DNA of 63,446 nucleotides, filler included. It is 7 parts of 7 records of this genome, joined end to end, with 100 filler letters (N's around TTAATTAATTAA, not from the genome) between each part and the next. Parts side by side here need not be neighbours in the genome. Positions count along the whole stretch, not along the records: positions 39,519 to 54,383 come from SRR31156797_42970; 6 more parts are not named here. The stretch is one strand, 5' to 3'. This document shows, piece after piece, positions 39,521 through 49,650 of this stretch. Position 1 is the stretch's first letter. Every line of letters starts with the position of its first letter. The notes beneath the pieces were generated by a model, which did no database searches, was not told the DNA's origin, and saw only the letters and a program-made list of their open reading frames with translations. Made by a program: the position numbers and the translations under genes.

Positions 39521-40279
39521 GACGCTTTTGACGGTTTAAAAAGCGCCTTGGCGCGGGCGGGGATCATCCCCGGGCCCAAGGTTTCGGGTTCGGGTGCGGC
39601 GGGCCCCGTGGACTTGCCCCAGGAGGAGGGCGCGACCGAGTCTGAAGCGCATGGGCAAGCCCTTGAGGAGTTGGTTTCGTCTTTGATTGAAATGAAACGG
39701 GACCGTGTGCTGGAACTCACCAAAGGCCTTTTAGAAGGGAAAACCGACCCCATGGAAATCCTCGGTGCCTCACGACGGGCCATGGGGGAGGTGGGCCGCC
39801 TCTTTGAAGAAGAGGAGTATTTCATTCCCGAATTGATCCTGGCGGGCAAAATGCTGAAAAGCATTGCAGAACAGGTAAAGCCCCATTTGACAGGGGGCAT
39901 GGAGGGCGAAAAAAAGGGCCGCGTGCTCTTAGGCACGGTGGCAGGCGACATTCACGATATCGGCAAGGATATTGTGGGTACAATGCTGGATGTGAATGGA
40001 TACGAGGTTATGGATCTGGGGGTGGATGTGCCGGTGGAGCGCTTTGTGGAGGCGGCCCGTACTTTTAAACCTTCCGTTGTGGGTTTAAGCGGGTTTTTAA
40101 CGCTGGTTTACGAACCCATGAAAGAGACCATAAAAGCCATCAGGGACCAGGGCCTTGGAGAAATCCATTTCATGATCGGCGGTGGTCAAATTGATGAACA
40201 GGTGAAGGCTTACACCGGCGCGGACGGCTACGGGAGTGATGCCATTGAGGCGGTCAAGTTCTGCAAAAAATGGATTTAA
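39521..40279 (+). CDS. Corrinoid (B12-binding) protein with N-terminal extension, 5'-truncated
   Basis: YFIPEL, GTVAGDIHDIGK, DLGVDV, VGLSG, MIGGG. Confidence 0.9.
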   Translation, partial: DAFDGLKSALARAGIIPGPKVSGSGAAGPVDLPQEEGATESEAHGQALEELVSSLIEMKRDRVLELTKGLLEGKTDPMEILGASRRAMGEVGRLFEEEEYFIPELILAGKMLKSIAEQVKPHLTGGMEGEKKGRVLLGTVAGDIHDIGKDIVGTMLDVNGYEVMDLGVDVPVERFVEAARTFKPSVVGLSGFLTLVYEPMKETIKAIRDQGLGEIHFMIGGGQIDEQVKAYTGADGYGSDAIEAVKFCKKWI

Positions 40280-40312
40280 CCAGGGATGGAAGCCGGGGGA
40301 GAGGCATAAATT

Positions 40313-41566
40313 ATGGAAGAAACGAAATCACAAGAATATGAGAAACGGGAAAAACGCATACTGGACGCCATTTCGCTGAAGGAGCCGGACCGGGTGCCCA
40401 TCGTTCCCCTGTTTGCGTTCTACAACTGCTATTACAGCGGCATTTCCCCTAGAGAAGCCTATACCGATCCGGAAATGGCGGTGGAAGCCTGGCGGAAAAC
40501 CATTTATGATTTTGCGCCGGATGCCACCTACAGCGTCAATTTCACCATCTATTCCATGGACGAGGTGCTGTCGGATCTGGATTTCAAAGCCATGAAATGG
40601 CCCGGTCACGGGGTTCCGGACGACCAGTCGTTCCAGTTCGTGGAAGCGGAGTACATGCTGGAGGATGAATACGAAGAGCTCTTTTCCAACCCCGGAGATT
40701 TTTTTCTGCGCAAGATGCTTCCCCGTCTGGCCGGGAATCTGGAGGGGCTTTCAAAGCTCCCCCCCCTGGAAACGGCGGCCCTGGGTTATGTGTGGCCCTC
40801 GGTGCTGCCGGCTTTATCCGATCCCTCTATTGTGAAAGCCCTGGAAACCTTGCTTGAGACCTCCCGAAAACAGGCGGCCTGGGCCAGGACCTTCGGCGCT
40901 TTCGCACAAGAATTAAAGGATGCGGGTTTCCCTTCCATCAAAGAACAGACGGTGCTGGCCCCTTACGACCTGGTGGCCGACAACCTTCGGGGCACCGCCG
41001 GGGCGGCCATGGACCTGCTCCTGCAGCCGGAAAATTTAAAGCGGGCCGTGAATCAACTGGCCCCCTTCATGAGCCGCATCGGCGTTAACGGGGCCAAAGC
41101 CAAGGGGAACCCCCGGGTTTTCATCCCCTTACACAAGGGCACGGACAGCTTCATGAGCCTCAAACACTTCAAGGAATTCTACTGGCCGAGCCTCCAGCAG
41201 CTCATCCTGGACCTGGTGGAAGGGGGCTGCACACCCTATCTCCTCATCGAAGGGCTGTACAACACCCGCCTGGAGGTCATCCGGGACGTTCCCAAAGGGA
41301 AATGCATCTACCATTTTGAGGGGACGGATCTCATGCGGGCCAAGAAAATCCTGGGCGATACGGTCTGCCTCATGGGAAACATGCCCAACTCGCTTTTGGC
41401 GACCGGCACCGTTGATCAGGTAAAAGATCACACCAAGATGCTCATGGACAACTGCGCTACGGACGGCGGGTACATCATGAGCGCCGGCGCCCTCATCGAT
41501 CATGCAAGACAGGAAAACGTGGATGCCTGGATGACCACCACCAAGGAATACGGGCGGTATCGGTAG
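40313..41566 (+). CDS. Uroporphyrinogen decarboxylase-family corrinoid methyltransferase (long type)
   Basis: PDRVP, LRGT, FYWP, GNMP, GGYIM; corrinoid gene context. Confidence 0.85.
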   Translation: MEETKSQEYEKREKRILDAISLKEPDRVPIVPLFAFYNCYYSGISPREAYTDPEMAVEAWRKTIYDFAPDATYSVNFTIYSMDEVLSDLDFKAMKWPGHGVPDDQSFQFVEAEYMLEDEYEELFSNPGDFFLRKMLPRLAGNLEGLSKLPPLETAALGYVWPSVLPALSDPSIVKALETLLETSRKQAAWARTFGAFAQELKDAGFPSIKEQTVLAPYDLVADNLRGTAGAAMDLLLQPENLKRAVNQLAPFMSRIGVNGAKAKGNPRVFIPLHKGTDSFMSLKHFKEFYWPSLQQLILDLVEGGCTPYLLIEGLYNTRLEVIRDVPKGKCIYHFEGTDLMRAKKILGDTVCLMGNMPNSLLATGTVDQVKDHTKMLMDNCATDGGYIMSAGALIDHARQENVDAWMTTTKEYGRYR

Positions 41567-41604
41567 GGATTTCGGGGAATCGGAATGTCAATCGGAATTC
41601 TTTA

Positions 41605-42456
41605 TTAATCGGATTGGGCTTGCCGGCGCCTGTGTTCTTTGATGAATCCCTGGGAGAAGCGATCTCGACCCAGGATAAGGTCGATGGCCGCAATGGTTGA
41701 CCTCACTTTTGCCGCATCCACGGTGGGGCATGTCACGCCTGCTCCAATGGCCAATGCCAAAAAGGCCTTATTCACCAAGGGCCTATCGGGCAAGCCGAAG
41801 GAGATATTGCTGGCGCCGAGGGTCTGATTTACACCCAGTTCCTTTTTGACGGTCTGAATGGCTTCCAGCGTCACCAGGCCTGCCTGATCGTCTGATCCCA
41901 GGGATAGTGCAAGGCAATCGATAATGATGTCTTTACGAGGGATTCCAATGGCCTCCGCACGTTCAACGATTTTGTGCGCAATCTCCAATCTTTTTTGGAC
42001 GGTTTTCGGTATCCCCTTGTCGTCGATGGTGAGCCCGATGACTGCCGTCCCATGTTCCTTGACCAGGGGCAATACCCCGTTCAGGGATTTTTCCTCACCG
42101 GAAACGGAGTTCACAATGGCCTTGCCTTCATAAATCCTCAGGGCCTCTTTCAACGCGGCGGGGTTGTTGATATCGATGCAGAGCGGTACGTCCACAACGC
42201 CCATGACGGCTTCAACGGCTCTGGGGAGAACCTCAATTTCATTTACGCCTGAAGCCACGACATTTACGTCAAGGATATGAGCTCCGGATTCCACTTGCGC
42301 GACGGCCTCTTGGCGGACTGCCTCAAAATCCCCGACCCTTAAAGCCTCCGACAATTTCTTTTTGCCCGTTGGGTTGATGCGTTCGCCGATCATGGTGGTA
42401 GGCCGTTTGTCACTGATGACGACTTCCATCTTCGAACTGGATATCTTGGTTTCCAT
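41605..42456 (-). CDS. Methylcorrinoid:tetrahydrofolate methyltransferase (pterin-binding, MeTr-like)
   Basis: IGERINPTGKK, LDVN, IVNSVSGE, GASNISFGLP. Confidence 0.9.
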   Translation of the reverse strand: METKISSSKMEVVISDKRPTTMIGERINPTGKKKLSEALRVGDFEAVRQEAVAQVESGAHILDVNVVASGVNEIEVLPRAVEAVMGVVDVPLCIDINNPAALKEALRIYEGKAIVNSVSGEEKSLNGVLPLVKEHGTAVIGLTIDDKGIPKTVQKRLEIAHKIVERAEAIGIPRKDIIIDCLALSLGSDDQAGLVTLEAIQTVKKELGVNQTLGASNISFGLPDRPLVNKAFLALAIGAGVTCPTVDAAKVRSTIAAIDLILGRDRFSQGFIKEHRRRQAQSD

Positions 42457-42468
42457 TCCCGGAATCCC

Positions 42469-43098
42469 CTAAGCGCCTATCCATTTTTTTGTGAGGTTGA
42501 CCCCATCAATGGCATCTTTAGCGGACGCATCCGCTCCCGTAAAATCCTTTACCTCTTCGGAAATTTGCCCGCCGCCCAGCATGATTTTCACCTTGTCCCT
42601 GAGCCCTGCTTTTTCAATGGCCTCAACCGTGTTCTTCATGGAATCATAGGCGAGGGTCAGAAGGCCGCTCATCCCCACCACTTGGGGTGCAAAGGCCTTA
42701 ATCTCTTTTACAAATTTGTCCGGAGAAACGTCTATTCCGATGTCCAGGACTTCATAGCCGTTCACATCAAGCAGGAAAACGACCATGTCTTTCCCAATGT
42801 CATGAATGTCTCCCTCCACGGTTCCTATAATCACCCGGCCATTTTTCTCTCTATTTGCTTCGCCTTTCATGTGTGGTTTAACCAATTCAGAGATCTGTTT
42901 CAACATTTCTCCGGCCAGCATCAGCTCGGGAAGAAAATACTTTTCTTCCTCAAAGCGCTTTCCCACTGTTTCCATGGCCTTGGTGCAGGTATCCAGGATG
43001 CCGAGAGGGTCTGCACCTTCTTCCAACAAAATCCTTGTGGTTTCGAGCGCCTCATTCTCCCGCATGTTAACCATGGCGTTAAAAAGCTCATCAGACAT
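42469..43098 (-). CDS. Corrinoid protein
   Basis: YFLPEL, GTVEGDIHDIGK, VGMSGLL, IMLGG. Confidence 0.93.
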   Translation of the reverse strand: MSDELFNAMVNMRENEALETTRILLEEGADPLGILDTCTKAMETVGKRFEEEKYFLPELMLAGEMLKQISELVKPHMKGEANREKNGRVIIGTVEGDIHDIGKDMVVFLLDVNGYEVLDIGIDVSPDKFVKEIKAFAPQVVGMSGLLTLAYDSMKNTVEAIEKAGLRDKVKIMLGGGQISEEVKDFTGADASAKDAIDGVNLTKKWIGA

Positions 43099-43156
43099 GT
43101 GTTATGCCTCCTGTTTCATAATCCTCATTTATGGGGGGGCACTTGCCCCTCATCTG

Positions 43157-44467
43157 CTATTTGTAAACGCCGTATTCCTTGGTGAAATCCACCATGGCCT
43201 TCACGTTTTCATGTTTTGCTTCATCGAACCAGATGCCGGAATCAACCATAAGGCCGCCACCCTTGCCGACCACGTCGATCAGTTCTTTGATGTAGCCCTT
43301 GACCTGTTGCGGGGTGCCCGCATAGAGCAATGAACCCGGAATATTTCCCCTGAAGCAGACCGTGCCCCCGAGGACTTCCTTGGCCTTGTAAATATCCACC
43401 TCTTCAAACCAGTAAATGGCTTTTCCCTTGGGGATATCTTGGATAATCTCCAGACGCGATGTATAACTCCCTTCGAACAGGGGCATGGGCACAAGTCCCT
43501 CTTCAATGAGACCCATCATGACCTTTCTGAGGGTCGGCCAGTAGAAGGTTTTGTACTGTTCATTGCTCATAAAACTGTCTAGCCCCTTATGAAGCATCAA
43601 CATCACCACCGGCTTCCCCATGCGTTTGGACAGGTTTGCGCCCATACTGACTTGTATGGGCACCAGTCTTTCCATGGTTTCCAGGAGTTTATCCGGGTGC
43701 CGGTACATATCCATCATAATGCCGCGGGTTCCCCTGAACCAGTCGCCGATCACATCAAAAGGGGCGGCTGCGTGTCCGCCCAGGATATCCGGAAATCCCA
43801 ATGAGGTAATGGTCTCCATCTCCTCACGGATATGGGTCAGCCACTTCATGACTTCCGCCCCGGCTTTCTGAAGGGCTTCCAGGGCGCCCGCAATTTCAGG
43901 CATGGCCAGTGAGGCCACATTGCCGATAATTCCCAGATAATATCCAAACCACGAATGGAATGGCGGGAGCCCCTTCAACGGCTCAAGCGCCCCGCATACT
44001 TGCGGCAGATAGCTCCTGAGCATAAAATCAGACGGGTCTTGGAGAAAGGCGTCGTAGAAATCCCCGGCTTTCACGTATTCCTTTTCAACAAACTGAAACA
44101 CATGGTTGCTGGGGATTCCCCGCCCGGGCAACTTGAGCAGTTTATAATCCAATGCTTCCAGGGCCCGGCCGGGAAAAGCATAAGCCGAGGGGCGATACAG
44201 GTCCGGCGCGAAATCCTTCAGGGTTTTCATCCATGCCCGGGTGGCTTTTTCATAGTCAAACATCACCTCTTCACAGGTGAAGCCGTTGTCAAGGGCCGGA
44301 AACATGCCGAAGCTGGGCATAACGGGCACCCTGTCAGGCACTTTGAGTTGAATGACATCGGCGACTCTTTGAGCTCGCCTTTTGTAGGCTTTTTCCGCTT
44401 CTTCGTTTATGAAACCAGCCCCCGGTGCAGAACACCACGAATCCAGGGTTTCCGCTGTCCTATCCAT
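43157..44467 (-). CDS. Uroporphyrinogen decarboxylase-family corrinoid methyltransferase (long type)
   Basis: PDRVP, PFD..RG, LHKG, FYWPT, GNIP; paralogue of 40313. Confidence 0.85.
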   Translation of the reverse strand: MDRTAETLDSWCSAPGAGFINEEAEKAYKRRAQRVADVIQLKVPDRVPVMPSFGMFPALDNGFTCEEVMFDYEKATRAWMKTLKDFAPDLYRPSAYAFPGRALEALDYKLLKLPGRGIPSNHVFQFVEKEYVKAGDFYDAFLQDPSDFMLRSYLPQVCGALEPLKGLPPFHSWFGYYLGIIGNVASLAMPEIAGALEALQKAGAEVMKWLTHIREEMETITSLGFPDILGGHAAAPFDVIGDWFRGTRGIMMDMYRHPDKLLETMERLVPIQVSMGANLSKRMGKPVVMLMLHKGLDSFMSNEQYKTFYWPTLRKVMMGLIEEGLVPMPLFEGSYTSRLEIIQDIPKGKAIYWFEEVDIYKAKEVLGGTVCFRGNIPGSLLYAGTPQQVKGYIKELIDVVGKGGGLMVDSGIWFDEAKHENVKAMVDFTKEYGVYK

Positions 44468-44521
44468 GGATATTGACCCTCCTCGTTTTCAAAAACCGGT
44501 GTTTTTTCCTGAAATGGGCAA

Positions 44522-45709
44522 CTAATTTTTATAAAGCCGCCACTTGCCGTCTTTAACGACCACTTTGGTGTAACAGCCTTCGACCAGACCGATATGGTCG
44601 GTGGGTGAAAAGTTGAACACGCCGTTTTGACCCACAAATCCCCGGACTCCTTCAAGACCGTCCCTCAGTTGCACCCTTATTTTAACCAGGTCGTCTTCCT
44701 GGGTGGGATCCAGCTTGGGGTCCACTTTTTTGAGCGCCTGTGCCACCAACATCACCTGATCCCAGGTGTGACCGGGGTAGAGGTTGAAGTTTTTGTATTT
44801 TTTGGTGTATTCATCATACAATTCCATGGCGACCTTCTTTTGGACATCGTTATCCGGCAGGTCGGGGGCAACCAATGCCTTGAGGGAAGTGCTGACAATA
44901 CCTTCCGCAAGATCCCCTCCCAGCTTGATGATCTCCGGACCCACAATGCCATAGTCGCAAACGATGGGATATGTAAGCCCCAACTCACGGGCCGTTTTGA
45001 TAACCTTCACCGTGTCCGCCACATTTCCGGTAATCAGGAGTCCGTCCGCGCCGCTGGCCTTGATATGGGCCATCTGGGTACCCACATCCACGGCCTGGGG
45101 AGAGTATTCCTCAATGATGGCCGGGGTGATGCCCAGTTTCTTGCAGGCCGCTTTAAAAGCGCCCGCGCCCAATTTTCCATAGGCGGTATCCACAAAAATA
45201 TAAGCGACTTTCTTGCATCCGCGATCCAAAAGGTTTTGGATCAGAATGGGGACCGATGCGATTCTCTGATCGGGCACAACCGTAAACAACCATTTTTTAG
45301 TGGCGCCGCCCGTTACGATGGCGGGACCGGCACTGAACAAAAGGGTCTCCCCGTCGCCGGCCGTCTGGGCGGATGCCAGGGTGCCGCCCACCGAAGTATA
45401 CCCCATGCACGCAATGGCCTTGTCCACGTTGATCATCCGTTTCGTGTTCTTGACGCAGGTTACGGGTTGAGACTGACCATCATAAAAGACCGCCTTCAGC
45501 TGCCGGCCGTTAATCCCTCCGGCCCCGTTGATTTTTTCAATGGCCAAGATGGCGCCCCTTTTGTTGCCGATGCCCATTTCCGCTCGTCGACCGGTGATTT
45601 CGGGTGTAAAACCGAGCACATATGGCGCAGGGGACCCGGCCATGCCGGTGCTTGTAAAAAGTAGAAGAAATGCCAGGCAGCTTAATGCAAACAGTAATGA
45701 TTTTTTCAT
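44522..45709 (-). CDS. Liv-type ABC substrate-binding protein
   Basis: Signal peptide; INGAGGINGR, D.AYG. Confidence 0.9.
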   Translation of the reverse strand: MKKSLLFALSCLAFLLLFTSTGMAGSPAPYVLGFTPEITGRRAEMGIGNKRGAILAIEKINGAGGINGRQLKAVFYDGQSQPVTCVKNTKRMINVDKAIACMGYTSVGGTLASAQTAGDGETLLFSAGPAIVTGGATKKWLFTVVPDQRIASVPILIQNLLDRGCKKVAYIFVDTAYGKLGAGAFKAACKKLGITPAIIEEYSPQAVDVGTQMAHIKASGADGLLITGNVADTVKVIKTARELGLTYPIVCDYGIVGPEIIKLGGDLAEGIVSTSLKALVAPDLPDNDVQKKVAMELYDEYTKKYKNFNLYPGHTWDQVMLVAQALKKVDPKLDPTQEDDLVKIRVQLRDGLEGVRGFVGQNGVFNFSPTDHIGLVEGCYTKVVVKDGKWRLYKN

Positions 45710-45844
45710 TTTTGTCCTCCTTCTCATGGAAAGTTGGGTTGCCGGTTGGATTCCGTTGTTTAATGTTTACAGGGCTTAGGCCGAATGGCGCACCTCCTTT
45801 CCTTTGCTCAAAATCAAAATTTGAATATCTTGCATGCCGAGACC

Positions 45845-46618
45845 CTAACCTCCCAGGTATGCGGCATATATGGATGGGTTTGAGGCGACTTCCCTTCCGC
45901 TGCCGTGAAGGGATATTTCCCCCCGTTCAAGCACATAGGCGTAATCGGCGATTTTCAGCGCTGCTTTCGCATTCTGTTCAACCAGAAGTATGGAGATTCC
46001 CATGCGGCGGCAGATATTTTTCAGCAGCCCCATCATTTCCATCACCAGCAAGGGGGAAAGACCCAGAGACGGCTCATCCAGGGCCACCAGTCTGGGGCTG
46101 CTCATGAGGGCGCGCGCCACGGCCAGCATCTGCCGTTCTCCCCCTGAAAGGGTTTCGGCCCTCTGACCGAGTCTATTTTTGAGTATGGGAAATGTCTCAA
46201 AAGTCCTTTCCAGCCGTGCCGTCAACTTTTCTTTCCTTTCGCCGCGGCTAAGGGAATAGGTCCCCAGGAGCAGGTTGTCGGATACGCTCATTGCGCCGAA
46301 TAGTTCGCCCCCTTCGGGAACGCTGGTAATACCCTTCCGAATAATGTCGCTGGGGGGCATGCCCTCAATGTTTCCGCCGCCGAAAACGATGTTGCCCTCC
46401 CGTGGTTTGAGCATGCCGGTGAGGGTCCTCAACAGGGTTGTTTTTCCGGCGCCATTGCTTCCGAGAACCGCCACGGCCTGCCCCGTTTTTACGGAGAGTG
46501 ATACCTGATTCAAAGCCTGGGCCTCTCCGTAAAAAACGCAAAGGTCCCGAACGGCCAACTGCACGTCTTCGGCCCGCTTTATGGATGCATCCTTTTTAGA
46601 AGTGTCCGGTTTCGCCAT
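45845..46618 (-). CDS. Liv-type ABC ATPase (LivF-like)
   Basis: GSNGAGKT, LSGGERQM, LDEPSLGL, VEQN. Confidence 0.93.
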   Translation of the reverse strand: MAKPDTSKKDASIKRAEDVQLAVRDLCVFYGEAQALNQVSLSVKTGQAVAVLGSNGAGKTTLLRTLTGMLKPREGNIVFGGGNIEGMPPSDIIRKGITSVPEGGELFGAMSVSDNLLLGTYSLSRGERKEKLTARLERTFETFPILKNRLGQRAETLSGGERQMLAVARALMSSPRLVALDEPSLGLSPLLVMEMMGLLKNICRRMGISILLVEQNAKAALKIADYAYVLERGEISLHGSGREVASNPSIYAAYLGG

Positions 46619-46620
46619 TT

Positions 46621-47409
46621 TTACGCTTCTTCGCCCAGATAGGCTTTGATAACCTGTTTATCGTTTCTGACCTCTTCCGGAGATCCTTCTATCAGTTTTT
46701 GCCCGCCGTCCAGGACAATGAGGCGCTGGGAAACCGACATCACAAAGGGCATATTATGTTCCACCAGCAGAATGGTTAGCCCCTTTTCAACCAGGGTATG
46801 GATCGTTTTTTCCAGCCTTTTTGTCTCATGGGCCGCAAGCCCCCCCACCGGTTCATCCAACATGAGCAGCTTCGGCTGCATGCCCAGCACACGGGCGATT
46901 CCCACCAGCTTCCGTTCACCCAGCGGGATTTTTGTAATAGGATCAGCGGCCCTATGCGCCAATCCGATCATTTCAAGGTTTTCCAATGCCTCATCCCGGA
47001 TGCGTTGTTCTTCAGCCTTTGCACCGGGAAGCCTGAACCCCACGGAGAACATGCCGCACCGGCTCTTGGTGTGACACCCCACCATGGCATTTTCCAGAAC
47101 GCTCAGGTTCGAAAAGAGCTCTTCCAGTTGAAAAGTCCTGCCGATACCCAGGTAGGCAACTCTATGTGAAGGGAGCGCCGTGATGTTCTTCCCGTTAAAA
47201 GAAATTCGGCCGGAATCGGGAAGATAGATGCCCGTGGCCACATTGATGAACGTTGACTTTCCGGCGCCGTTGGGTCCGATCATGCTGGTAATGGTTCCTT
47301 GGCCAAGGGAAAAGGAGACATCGAAAAGTGCCTGTACACCGCCGAATTTCTTGCTGATTCCATCGACGGAAAGGAGCAGGGACCCAATGTTATTGTTCAT
47401 AGGGATCAT
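46621..47409 (-). CDS. Liv-type ABC ATPase (LivG-like)
   Basis: GPNGAGKST, RTFQ, LDEP, VEHNM, AYLG. Confidence 0.93.
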   Translation of the reverse strand: MIPMNNNIGSLLLSVDGISKKFGGVQALFDVSFSLGQGTITSMIGPNGAGKSTFINVATGIYLPDSGRISFNGKNITALPSHRVAYLGIGRTFQLEELFSNLSVLENAMVGCHTKSRCGMFSVGFRLPGAKAEEQRIRDEALENLEMIGLAHRAADPITKIPLGERKLVGIARVLGMQPKLLMLDEPVGGLAAHETKRLEKTIHTLVEKGLTILLVEHNMPFVMSVSQRLIVLDGGQKLIEGSPEEVRNDKQVIKAYLGEEA

Positions 47410-47414
47410 CCATT

Positions 47415-48416
47415 TTATCGGGACTCGCGGGATTTGGATTGTTTATAAGATCTACTGCCGAAACGGCATAGCTGTTCGAGCCAGCCCGCCAGACCGCGCG
47501 GCATGAAAATGAGAACGAGGATAATGACCACGCCGAAAAAAACAGCGGTAACCTCTCCGGTCATGACCGGAAAAATTTGTCCCAAAACCGTTTTTAACAA
47601 TTCATGGAGCCATGTGATGATAAAACTCCCCAGAAGCGGGGCCCAAACCGTTCCCAAACCCCCGATAACGGCCATCAAAACAATTTCCACCAGCAGGTCG
47701 AAGCCGAAGATGCCGGGAGCGGCAAAACGGAGGTAGAAGCAGAAGACGCTGCCGGAAAGGCTGGCCATGACGGCGGTCAGGATGAAGACCTGCAACCGGT
47801 ATTTGGGGATGTTGACCCCCAGGCTCGCACTTGCCGGTTCGCTGTCATGGGAGGATATGATGGCGCGGCCCATGCGGGATTTGATCATGTTGGAACAGAA
47901 AAGAAGGGAAGCCATGCAAAGGCCCCAGGAAAGGTAGTAATAGTGGATGTCTTTTTTGAATTTAAAACCGCCCACTTTGAGGGCCGGGATACCCAGAAGT
48001 CCGGAATGGCCTCCGGTGAGGTCGCCTAGCTGAACAAAGGCGATCTGTGCAATCATAAGAATGCCGAAGGTGGCGCAGGCAAGGTAAAGCCCCCTCAGCT
48101 TCAACACGGGTGCTCCCATAATATACGCAATAACGGCCACAAAGAGGGCTGCCGTCACAATCCCCATAAGCGGGGACATGAGCCCTCTGGAGGTGAGAAT
48201 GCCCGCCATATAGGCGCCCAAGCCGAACCAGGTGGGACTGACCAAGGAAAACAGGCCCGCATACCCCATCAATAAACCCATGCCGATGGCCAGCACCCCG
48301 TACAGCGCCACAAAAACCATGATGCCGACCACGTAGGGACTGGCAATGACGGTGGGCAGGAAAATGATGACGGCTGCGAGAATTAGCCAGGGGATCGTTC
48401 CTTTGAAGGCCTTCAT
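47415..48416 (-). CDS. Liv-type ABC permease (LivM-like)
   Basis: GYAGLFSL, LRGLYLACAT, TGG..G, GGLGT; ATGA overlap with the upstream permease. Confidence 0.9.
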   Translation of the reverse strand: MKAFKGTIPWLILAAVIIFLPTVIASPYVVGIMVFVALYGVLAIGMGLLMGYAGLFSLVSPTWFGLGAYMAGILTSRGLMSPLMGIVTAALFVAVIAYIMGAPVLKLRGLYLACATFGILMIAQIAFVQLGDLTGGHSGLLGIPALKVGGFKFKKDIHYYYLSWGLCMASLLFCSNMIKSRMGRAIISSHDSEPASASLGVNIPKYRLQVFILTAVMASLSGSVFCFYLRFAAPGIFGFDLLVEIVLMAVIGGLGTVWAPLLGSFIITWLHELLKTVLGQIFPVMTGEVTAVFFGVVIILVLIFMPRGLAGWLEQLCRFGSRSYKQSKSRESR

Positions 48417-49285
48417 ACCTTTTTCACCCCCTGGGACGAAAAAATGGCGCGATACAGCAGGAAAAGAATCATAACCAGAAGGGCAATGGCATCTTTCCAG
48501 CCGGCTGAGACGAATCCGCCGAAGAGCCCTTCCACCAGCCCCAGCCCCAATCCGGCCACAACCGTGCCGGTCATGGTCCAACCACCGACAATGGCGGCCA
48601 CCAGGCCTTTCATGCCGGTCATCAACCCGATATTGTAGCCCGTAAAGGTAATGGGGGCGATAACAACGCCTGCCACGGCGCCAAGGCCTCCGGCAAGTCC
48701 AAAACAAAAAACAATGAGAGTCCTGATTCTGATGCCCACCAGAGATGCACCATTGGGGTTGATGGCCGTGGCCCTCAACGCCTTGCCCAGCAGCGTGCGG
48801 TTGAGAAAGAGAGATAGCCCCACGGAAATAACCGCCAGAACCGCCAGGACCACCAGGGTCTCACTGGTTATAACCGCTCCCAGAACGGAAAATTGTTTTG
48901 CGGGAACAAGGGGTTCTATGGCGTGGGTCTCGGAGCCGCATGCGATGAGGGTCAGCCCTTTCAAAATCGAAGCCGAAGCGATGGTAATGACCATGAAAGT
49001 GGTTTCGGATGGATATCTCACGGGCCGAATCACCAGCCATTCGAGAAGCATTCCCACAAGAATGGTGGCAAATACCGCCATAAAGACTGCCGGGGCCAGC
49101 CCCATTCCCGCTTCAAGCAACAGCCACGTAAACATTCCGCCGAGCATAACGAATTCGCCGGTGGAGAAGTTCAGGATGCCGGTCACCAGAAATACGATGC
49201 TCCAACCCAGACCCACCATGGCGTAAATGCTGCCTGACGTCATGCCTGAGATAATGTATTGGATGGCTTGCGCCAGCGGGGTCAT
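48413..49285 (-). CDS. Liv-type ABC permease (LivH-like)
   Basis: GSIYAMVGLG, LNFSTGE, GKALRA, AAIVGG. Confidence 0.92.
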   Translation of the reverse strand: MTPLAQAIQYIISGMTSGSIYAMVGLGWSIVFLVTGILNFSTGEFVMLGGMFTWLLLEAGMGLAPAVFMAVFATILVGMLLEWLVIRPVRYPSETTFMVITIASASILKGLTLIACGSETHAIEPLVPAKQFSVLGAVITSETLVVLAVLAVISVGLSLFLNRTLLGKALRATAINPNGASLVGIRIRTLIVFCFGLAGGLGAVAGVVIAPITFTGYNIGLMTGMKGLVAAIVGGWTMTGTVVAGLGLGLVEGLFGGFVSAGWKDAIALLVMILFLLYRAIFSSQGVKKV

Positions 49286-49372
49286 ATGTCAAAATCTCCC
49301 AAGGCCTAACTTCCAGGATTTATGATATTCCCATCAGTGGTTATTTTTTTCTGCTCCTCAATTTCAGGACAG

Positions 49373-49402
49373 ACTCTAAAGCTATATAGGTAACTTTGTC
49401 AA
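49373..49402 (-). promoter_or_regulatory. Sigma70-like promoter of the transporter/methyltransferase operon
   Basis: Minus strand TTGACA-N18-TAGAGT; CTATATAG palindrome inside the spacer. Confidence 0.5.
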
Positions 49403-49609
49403 GGGGAAATTCGTATGGTCTTTATTTTTTTTCCAGCAAGTGATCCAAATCCAAGAATTGCAAAGTGGGTATATGTCTTGTGAATGCTGCATAAACAAAT
49501 GCTTAAGGTTTTATGTGTCCTGATGTATTTGTTTCTAAACCGAATAACGTTTGGATTAACCCCTATAGGGAGATGTTCGAAAAGCGTAGGCTGCCAGAGA
49601 AAGAGCGCC

Positions 49610-49639
49610 TTGACATCCCGGAATCTGAAATGCTATATA
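49610..49639 (+). promoter_or_regulatory. Sigma70-like promoter of gntR
   Basis: TTGACA-N18-TATATA with extended TG. Confidence 0.55.
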
Positions 49640-49650
49640 TATAAATTTTA

